DNA of 32,000 nucleotides from Fastidiosibacter lacustris (GTDB lineage Bacteria; Pseudomonadota; Gammaproteobacteria; Francisellales; Francisellaceae): NCBI RefSeq assembly GCF_003428155.1, contig NZ_QLIR01000007.1, positions 1 to 32,000 of the forward strand, read 5' to 3'. Shown piece by piece: positions 24,822 to 32,000 of this stretch (position 1 is its first letter; each line of letters starts with the position of its first letter). The notes under the pieces were generated by a model. It saw only the letters and a program-made list of their open reading frames with translations, ran no database searches and was not told where the DNA came from. The position numbers and the translations under genes were made by a program.

Positions 24822-25576
24822 TGTCTAAAATTAGGAGTTTCATAACCAATGTCGGTTTGCTGTTGTTAGTAATGGTGCTGACAAGTTGTGCAAGCAACAC
24901 AAAGTCATTGTCAGGCGTTCCCGAGGAAGTTCAGGTAAATTATGAAAAAGCTGCTAAAATCAATGCTCAGCTAGCGGTGGTATATGCACAAAGACAGATG
25001 TTAGATCGAGCGAAGGAAAAACTACTAAAAGCAAAGTCACAAGATCGAAACGTTGCAACAATTTATTATGCCGAAGGTTTATATTACCAAAATTTAGGTA
25101 TGCCAGATAAAGCGGAAGCATCTTATCAAAAAGCCTTACATATGGCGCCAAGTGATTTTCAAGCTTATAATTTTTACGCCCAATTTTTGTGTACGAATAA
25201 GCATCAATATGATCGTGCCAATGCGTTTTTCAAAGAGTCAATTTCGTTATCTAGTAACGTTAATTTAGCAGAAACTTTTACCTTGTATGGGCGTTGTTTG
25301 TTGGCACAAGAAAATTACAAGCTTGCACAAACTTTTTTTGAAAAAGCGATTGATCAAGGGTCATCAGGCAGCACCTTGGCATATTGGGAGTTAGCCCAAC
25401 TTGAATATCAACAAAAAGAGTATCAAGATGCGCTTACAAGAATTAATCGTTACATTGAGCTTGCTGGAAAAACTCAAGAGAGTATTAGGCTGAAAATGGA
25501 TATTCTGCAAGCATTAGGACAATATAATGAGGCTACAAGTTTACGTTTGCAATTAAGCTCTAATCTGTACGAGTAG
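24821..25576 (+). CDS. pilW: type IV pilus biogenesis/stability TPR lipoprotein PilW (PilF)
   Basis: 251-aa ORF with the lipobox LVMVLTSCAS followed by TPR-like repeats. Its position immediately after rlmN (TAATG overlap) matches the conserved rlmN-pilF arrangement known from Pseudomonas. Confidence 0.75.
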   Translation: MSKIRSFITNVGLLLLVMVLTSCASNTKSLSGVPEEVQVNYEKAAKINAQLAVVYAQRQMLDRAKEKLLKAKSQDRNVATIYYAEGLYYQNLGMPDKAEASYQKALHMAPSDFQAYNFYAQFLCTNKHQYDRANAFFKESISLSSNVNLAETFTLYGRCLLAQENYKLAQTFFEKAIDQGSSGSTLAYWELAQLEYQQKEYQDALTRINRYIELAGKTQESIRLKMDILQALGQYNEATSLRLQLSSNLYE

Positions 25577-25584
25577 ATGAAATA

Positions 25585-27345
25585 ATGATTTTATCGATTA
25601 CCAAACGCTTATTTCGGACAAAAAGACGTTTATGTGTTTATCATAATGAGATTGATCCTGGACGTAAAACTTTGTTTTTTATTCATGGAATTACCGGTAG
25701 TGGAATTAACTGGCAAGCTCAATTTCGTGAGCTTTCGGAAAAATATAATATTGTTGCTTATGACTTATATGGCCATGGTCAAAGTGGGCAGCCTAAGGGC
25801 ATAATCGAGTGTTCAATGGTGCAAAGTGTATTGGACGCACAGAGCATTATTGAATATTTTAACCTTAATAACATCACGATCATTGCCTATGGTTATGGTG
25901 CATTAATTAGTTTGTTGTTATGTGAAAAATACCCCAAGCTTATCCATAAGCAATTGTTAATTAATCCAATTCCTTATGAAGAATTAACAAACTTACCATG
26001 GTATTTGCGGTGGCCATTTTCCATATTCTATCGTTTTTTTAGACTCAATAAAGCACAAGTTAAAGCTCAGGGTAATAATAGTTTAATGTTACCAAAAATG
26101 TGGGTAATACGGGCTTATTATCAGGCACTTATGAGCTTGCCGACCTTTGAAATGGGAAATTCAAAAGTGCGTGTCAAAACAATGCTGTTACGCTCGGTGA
26201 AGTATACAGTTACAAAGCGTAAGAAGATTGATAACTTCTATAAGATTTTTTATCGTGCTAAGATTAAACCGCTTGAAAGTATTTCGCCTTTTCCGATGCA
26301 CCAAGCAAGAAAGCGAGTGGATTATTTTCTAAAGCAAACTATTGATGAGCTTAATATTCATGCATTTCGTAATTTAATTTTTGAAGGAGCAGGTGTACGT
26401 GGCATTGCTTATAGTGGTGCCATTACGGCATTGGAATCTTTGGGTGTGCTTAAAAACGTTCGTCGTTTCGCGGGCACCTCTGCTGGCGCAATTTATGCTA
26501 TTTTCTTAGCAGTAGGGTTTAATGCAAAAGAAATTGAGGAAATTGTAAGCCACCTTGATTACACGCTTTTTATGGATGCAAGTCGTAATTTTATCAGTAA
26601 TTCTACAAGGCTTTTAACCGACTTTGGCTGGTATAAAGGAGATTTTTTTATCAACCATATGGCTAAATTGATACAGCAAAAGTTACCAGATGGATTTTTA
26701 AGTTTTAAAACGCTCAAAACTTTAACTGGCAATGATTTATATATTATTGGCACTAATCTTACAAAATCATGTGCCGAAATATACAGTGCAGAAACAACGC
26801 CAGATATGCAAATTGTTGAAGCACTGAGAATTTCTACTTGCATTCCGATGTTATTTAAGGCCGTCAGGAGAAAAGAAGGAAAAGAAGAAAATATACTTGT
26901 TGATGGTGGTTTGGTATGGAACTGCCCAATTGAGTTATTTGATCATCATAAGTACATTTACAACTTGTTGAATATTTTACCACATTCAAAAGCAAAAGAT
27001 AACGATCGTAGTGTTTTAAACTTAGAAACGTTGGGCTTTCGTTTGGATCCTGGCGAAGATCCTCTACGTTCAATGCGTACGGCACCTAAGTCCTATCATA
27101 AAATAGGCCATATATTTGACTTTACACGCGAGTTTATGAAATTTTATTCGGCAGGTTCATTAAAGCGTCATTTAGAGCCAGATAACTGGAATCGTGTAAT
27201 TTTTGTCGATACGTTAGACGTGGTGGGAACAGATTTTGAGATTTCCCAGAAAGAAATTGAACGGTTAATTGAGCAAGGAAAAAAAGGTGTCTATCAACAC
27301 TTCGCTTGGCGAATGAGTGAAAATGGGGTAAAGTTCCCACAGTAA
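25585..27345 (+). CDS. alpha/beta-hydrolase-fold domain fused to a patatin-like phospholipase domain
   Basis: The N-terminus has LFFIHGITGSG...YDLYGHGQS. The C-terminal half has EGAGVRGIAYSG (oxyanion loop), GTSAGA (GxSxG) and VDGGLVWNCP (catalytic Asp). Confidence 0.8.
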   Translation: MILSITKRLFRTKRRLCVYHNEIDPGRKTLFFIHGITGSGINWQAQFRELSEKYNIVAYDLYGHGQSGQPKGIIECSMVQSVLDAQSIIEYFNLNNITIIAYGYGALISLLLCEKYPKLIHKQLLINPIPYEELTNLPWYLRWPFSIFYRFFRLNKAQVKAQGNNSLMLPKMWVIRAYYQALMSLPTFEMGNSKVRVKTMLLRSVKYTVTKRKKIDNFYKIFYRAKIKPLESISPFPMHQARKRVDYFLKQTIDELNIHAFRNLIFEGAGVRGIAYSGAITALESLGVLKNVRRFAGTSAGAIYAIFLAVGFNAKEIEEIVSHLDYTLFMDASRNFISNSTRLLTDFGWYKGDFFINHMAKLIQQKLPDGFLSFKTLKTLTGNDLYIIGTNLTKSCAEIYSAETTPDMQIVEALRISTCIPMLFKAVRRKEGKEENILVDGGLVWNCPIELFDHHKYIYNLLNILPHSKAKDNDRSVLNLETLGFRLDPGEDPLRSMRTAPKSYHKIGHIFDFTREFMKFYSAGSLKRHLEPDNWNRVIFVDTLDVVGTDFEISQKEIERLIEQGKKGVYQHFAWRMSENGVKFPQ

Positions 27346-27382
27346 TTTTAAGCAGTGATTCTAAAAGGTAGAAAGAATAGCC

Positions 27383-28189
27383 ATGCGCGATAAAAAAGAA
27401 AATAAAGATAAGTTACAAAAAATTTTAGCGCAAGCAGGTCTTGGTTCTAGACGCAAAATGGAAGAAAAAATTCTTCAAGGTCGCGTTATAGTTAATGGTA
27501 AAATAGCCCAAATTGGTGATCGTGCTTCAATGGATGATAAGATTATTGTTGATGGTAAACCATTTAAAAACCAAGCAGTGATTTTGTCTCGACCACGTGT
27601 CATTATCTATAACAAGCCAGATGGAGAGATTTGTACTAAAAATGATCCCGAAGGTCGTAAAACAGTATTTGATGCCTTGCCACGACTAAAAATTGGGCGT
27701 TGGATCATGATTGGTAGATTAGATATTAATACAACAGGGTTATTGCTTTTTACAACAGATGGTGAACTTGCTAATCGGCTAATGCACCCATCATATCAAA
27801 TTGAGCGTGAATATGCTGTGCGCATTTTTGGGGATGTGGCAGATGAAACGCTTGATAAACTTAAACAAGGTATCGAACTGGAGGATGGTTTAGCACAATT
27901 TAGTAGTATTCGTTTTGTTGGTGGTGAAGGGATTAATAAATGGTATCACGTTACGCTATCTGAAGGTAGAAACCGTGAGGTGCGTCGTATGTTTGAAGCA
28001 GTTGGTGTACAAATAAGCCGTTTAACCCGTGTTCGTTATGGAGATGTCATACTACCGCGTTATTTAAGTATGGGTAAGTCTAAAGAGCTATCACCAGAAA
28101 TCGTCAATGCGTTAAGACAGAACGTTAAAATGAAACGCTTCTTCTTTCCCAAAGGGTTGCTTGATAAGCTTGATCGTAAAAATAAGTAG
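27383..28189 (+). CDS. rluB: 23S rRNA pseudouridine synthase B
   Basis: S4 domain KLQKILAQAGLGSRRKMEEKILQGRVIVNGK. RsuA/RluB catalytic motif GRLDINTTGLLLFTTDGEL and EGRNREVRRMFE. Confidence 0.85.
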   Translation: MRDKKENKDKLQKILAQAGLGSRRKMEEKILQGRVIVNGKIAQIGDRASMDDKIIVDGKPFKNQAVILSRPRVIIYNKPDGEICTKNDPEGRKTVFDALPRLKIGRWIMIGRLDINTTGLLLFTTDGELANRLMHPSYQIEREYAVRIFGDVADETLDKLKQGIELEDGLAQFSSIRFVGGEGINKWYHVTLSEGRNREVRRMFEAVGVQISRLTRVRYGDVILPRYLSMGKSKELSPEIVNALRQNVKMKRFFFPKGLLDKLDRKNK

Positions 28190-28191
28190 CT

Positions 28192-29382
28192 ATGCACAAA
28201 ACCAAAATTACCTTACCTGCTTTAACACATGAAGAGCAACAACGCGTCAATGGGCTTTCGGCTTATATCACCAATTTGATAGAACATAATGACGGTCAAA
28301 TTAGTTTTAAGCAGTTTATGCAACAGGCATTATATGCACCTGGTTTGGGTTATTATACAGCAAATAAAGAGAAGTTAGGTGAAAAGGGGGATTTTATTAC
28401 AGCTCCTATGACGTCAAGGCTTTTTGGTCAAACTTTTGCCCTTCAGTTTGCAGATATCCTTAAAACTCTGGGTGATGAAACCGTTATTATAGAATTTGGT
28501 GCTGGTACTGGTCAGTTTGCGTTAGATTGTTTAGATAAATTGCATAAGCTCAATGCGCTACCAAAATCGTATTATATTATTGAACCTAGTCCAACTTTAA
28601 AAATTCAGCAACAACGGCTATTACAGCAATTGGGTGAATATTATCAGCATATCTTTTGGTTGTCAGCACTACCAAAAGAGAAACTCTCGGCAATCGTGTT
28701 TGCCAATGAGGTGTTGGATGCAATGCCAGTAGAATTATTTCGTTTTAATAACCATTGCTATATGCAAATGATGGTAACATATGAAAACAATCAATTTGCG
28801 TGGTGTGAAAATATCCAGATTGATGAGCACTTGGCTAAAGCATTACAAGCATTACCACTAACAAACTATGCGCTCAATGATATCATTTATCAGTCTGAAA
28901 TTAACCTTTGGATCGAACCGTGGTTGGCATCGGTGCAATCTGTTTTGAAGCAAGGTGTGGTATTTATTTGTGACTATGGTTATCAGAGACCACTTTATTA
29001 TAACGAAGCCAGGACAATCGGTACCTTGCAGTGTTATTACAAACATCACGTGCATGATAATCCACTTATTTATGTTGGTGTTCAAGATATTACTGCACAT
29101 GTTGATTTTACAGCACTAGCCGAAGCTGCACAAAGATTGGGGTTTGAGCTTGATGGGTTTTCAACACAAGGTGCTTTTCTAAGTAGTGCAGGAATTTTGT
29201 CTTGTTATCAATCTGAAATTAAAAGACTTAAGCAAGTAGAAGCATTAGCGCTTACACAACAATTAAACCAACTAACTTTAGGCACAGATTTAGCTGAAAA
29301 TTTTAAAGTAATGACCTTGTCATATCATTATGATCATGTTATTGATGCGTTTGATCATATTGACTTAAGTTATTTATTATAA
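28192..29382 (+). CDS. class I SAM-dependent methyltransferase, DUF185 (MidA/NDUFAF7) family
   Basis: 396-aa ORF with YYT...GDFITAP, EFGAGTGQFALD (SAM motif I) and ANEVLDAMPV, typical of DUF185 proteins. Confidence 0.7.
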   Translation: MHKTKITLPALTHEEQQRVNGLSAYITNLIEHNDGQISFKQFMQQALYAPGLGYYTANKEKLGEKGDFITAPMTSRLFGQTFALQFADILKTLGDETVIIEFGAGTGQFALDCLDKLHKLNALPKSYYIIEPSPTLKIQQQRLLQQLGEYYQHIFWLSALPKEKLSAIVFANEVLDAMPVELFRFNNHCYMQMMVTYENNQFAWCENIQIDEHLAKALQALPLTNYALNDIIYQSEINLWIEPWLASVQSVLKQGVVFICDYGYQRPLYYNEARTIGTLQCYYKHHVHDNPLIYVGVQDITAHVDFTALAEAAQRLGFELDGFSTQGAFLSSAGILSCYQSEIKRLKQVEALALTQQLNQLTLGTDLAENFKVMTLSYHYDHVIDAFDHIDLSYLL

Positions 29383-29406
29383 AAATATGAAAATTGAGGA
29401 TAAAGA

Positions 29407-30801
29407 ATGTTTAAAGAAAGACTATTGATGTCTGAGCATATTTTTCGCGCGTATGATATTCGTGGAACTTATCCTGAAGATCTCAATGAAAATGTTGTAT
29501 TTAATATTGGTTTGGCTTTTGCTAAGCAAGCTTTAGCTCAGAATGAAAAAGAAGTCTTTATTGCACGTGATGGGCGTCTATCTGGACCTATATTGTTAAA
29601 GGCATTGGCAGAAGGCTTGCAAATAGGCGGGTGTGACGTTGTTGACATTGGTGCAGTACCAACTCCTGTGCTTTATTTTGCAGCCAAGACTAAAGGAAGT
29701 GGTACGGGAATTATGCTAACAGGGAGTCATAATCCAGCAAATTACAATGGGCTTAAGATGATGATTGCAGGTAATACATTGGCTCAGGATGACATTCAAG
29801 CCTTAAAAGGTATTATTTTCCAAGATGAAATCAGTAAAGTACCGCAAAAAGGTATTTATCAATGGCTTGATATTGAAGAAGCTTATATCGATTACATTGT
29901 TAATCAAGAGAAGTTACAAAGACCACTAAAAATCGTTATCGATGCGGGTAATGGAATTACAGGTAAGATTGCACCGAAATTATTCACGGCATTAGGTTGC
30001 AAAGTGATAACACTTTTTTGTGAGGTAGATGGGACGTTCCCTAATCATCATCCAGATCCAAGTAAGCCGCAAAATCTAATGGATTTAATTTATGCAGTTA
30101 AAGAACATCAAGCAGATGTCGGTCTTGCATTTGATGGCGATGGTGATCGTTTGGGTGTAATTACACCAAATGGTCAGAATATTTTTTCTGATCGCCAGCT
30201 TATGTTGTATGCCGAAGACGTGTTAAAACGTCACCCAAATGCTACAATTTTATTTGACGTAAAATGCAGTAAGAACGTAGCAAATTTTGTTGAGAAGCTA
30301 GGTGGTAAAGCAGTGATGTCTCAAACAGGACACGCTTTAATTAAAAAGAGAATGAAAGAAACAAATGCAGAGCTTGCAGGAGAAATGAGCGGTCATATAT
30401 TCTTTAATGATCGTTGGTTTGGTTTTGATGATGGCTTGTATACTGGGGTAAGGTTGTTAAATATCTTAGCTAGTAACATCAAAACACTTGATCAGATTTT
30501 TGCTACTATTCCTGAGAGTATCAGCACTCCTGAGATTAACATTGAAGTTCCAGAGATACATAAGTTTAAAGTAGTAGATGTGCTTTTAAGAGAGGCAACG
30601 ACAAAATTTAAAGATGAAAAAGTGATTACAATTGATGGCATACGTGTTGAATTTAACGATGGCTGGGGTTTGGTGCGTGCATCCAATACAACGCCATGTT
30701 TGGTGCTACGTTTTGAAGCGGATACAACCGAAGCACTTGAGCGAATTAAACAAAATTTTATGCAATGGGTGACTGTTATTGCCAATAGCATTATGCATTA
30801 A
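29407..30801 (+). CDS. algC: phosphomannomutase / phosphoglucomutase
   Basis: IFRAYDIRG, active-site TGSHNPANYNG, metal loop FDGDGDR and GEMSGH motifs. GAGGA SD. Confidence 0.85.
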   Translation: MFKERLLMSEHIFRAYDIRGTYPEDLNENVVFNIGLAFAKQALAQNEKEVFIARDGRLSGPILLKALAEGLQIGGCDVVDIGAVPTPVLYFAAKTKGSGTGIMLTGSHNPANYNGLKMMIAGNTLAQDDIQALKGIIFQDEISKVPQKGIYQWLDIEEAYIDYIVNQEKLQRPLKIVIDAGNGITGKIAPKLFTALGCKVITLFCEVDGTFPNHHPDPSKPQNLMDLIYAVKEHQADVGLAFDGDGDRLGVITPNGQNIFSDRQLMLYAEDVLKRHPNATILFDVKCSKNVANFVEKLGGKAVMSQTGHALIKKRMKETNAELAGEMSGHIFFNDRWFGFDDGLYTGVRLLNILASNIKTLDQIFATIPESISTPEINIEVPEIHKFKVVDVLLREATTKFKDEKVITIDGIRVEFNDGWGLVRASNTTPCLVLRFEADTTEALERIKQNFMQWVTVIANSIMH

Positions 30802-30920
30802 GAGTTTGTCATAAAATCCTCAAAATTCTCAGCGAAATTTTACTTGAAGGTGAAAAATTTGCATTTTGTTTGTCAAGGTCACTAAAAATCTTTAACATGC
30901 TACTGTAATTATCAACGTGA

Positions 30921-32000
<1,080 letters not shown>

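Overview
This is an AT-rich gammaproteobacterial chromosomal window. A Legionellales-like origin is my inference from gene content and style, not a database result.

The core genes are:
- an FMN-riboswitch-controlled riboflavin operon, ribD-ribE-ribBA-ribH (11.3-15.0 kb)
- rlmN-pilW
- an alpha/beta-hydrolase-patatin fusion
- rluB
- a DUF185/NDUFAF7-type methyltransferase
- a phosphomannomutase/phosphoglucomutase
- the 5' part of purA, which runs off the right edge

Two accessory modules stand out.

Module A (173-11007, all on the minus strand) is a tightly coupled operon. It encodes a second GTP cyclohydrolase II, a WD40 protein, a second RibD-like deaminase/reductase and an FGE/SUMF1-domain protein. 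These are followed by a second beta-propeller, an MFS exporter and a flavodoxin-like quinone reductase. Upstream lie a LuxR-type regulator, a DUF1543 protein and an InsA-like zinc-finger fusion ORF. The gene set matches the ToxB/ToxC/ToxE/ToxD logic of toxoflavin-type azapteridine biosynthesis but has no ToxA methyltransferase. This is my top candidate for an undescribed system.

Module B (17466-23632) is a 6.1-kb segment bracketed by a perfect 31-bp direct repeat. It carries a minus-strand operon encoding:
- a fatty-acid-hydroxylase-family gene interrupted by an in-frame TGA
- an MFS transporter
- an APH-type kinase
- two paralogous ATP-grasp ligases
- a GCS2-like carboxylate-amine ligase

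This looks like an orphan NRPS-independent amide-ligase cluster with no mobility gene.

Smaller observations:
- a 5'-proximal frameshift in the RibD paralog
- an 11-bp inverted repeat and two SD-preceded mini-ORFs in the only large gap of operon A
- an internally deleted ABC-F remnant
- an FMN riboswitch with an expanded P3 hairpin

I saw no tRNA, rRNA or CRISPR array. All family assignments come from motif recognition by eye. No searches were run.
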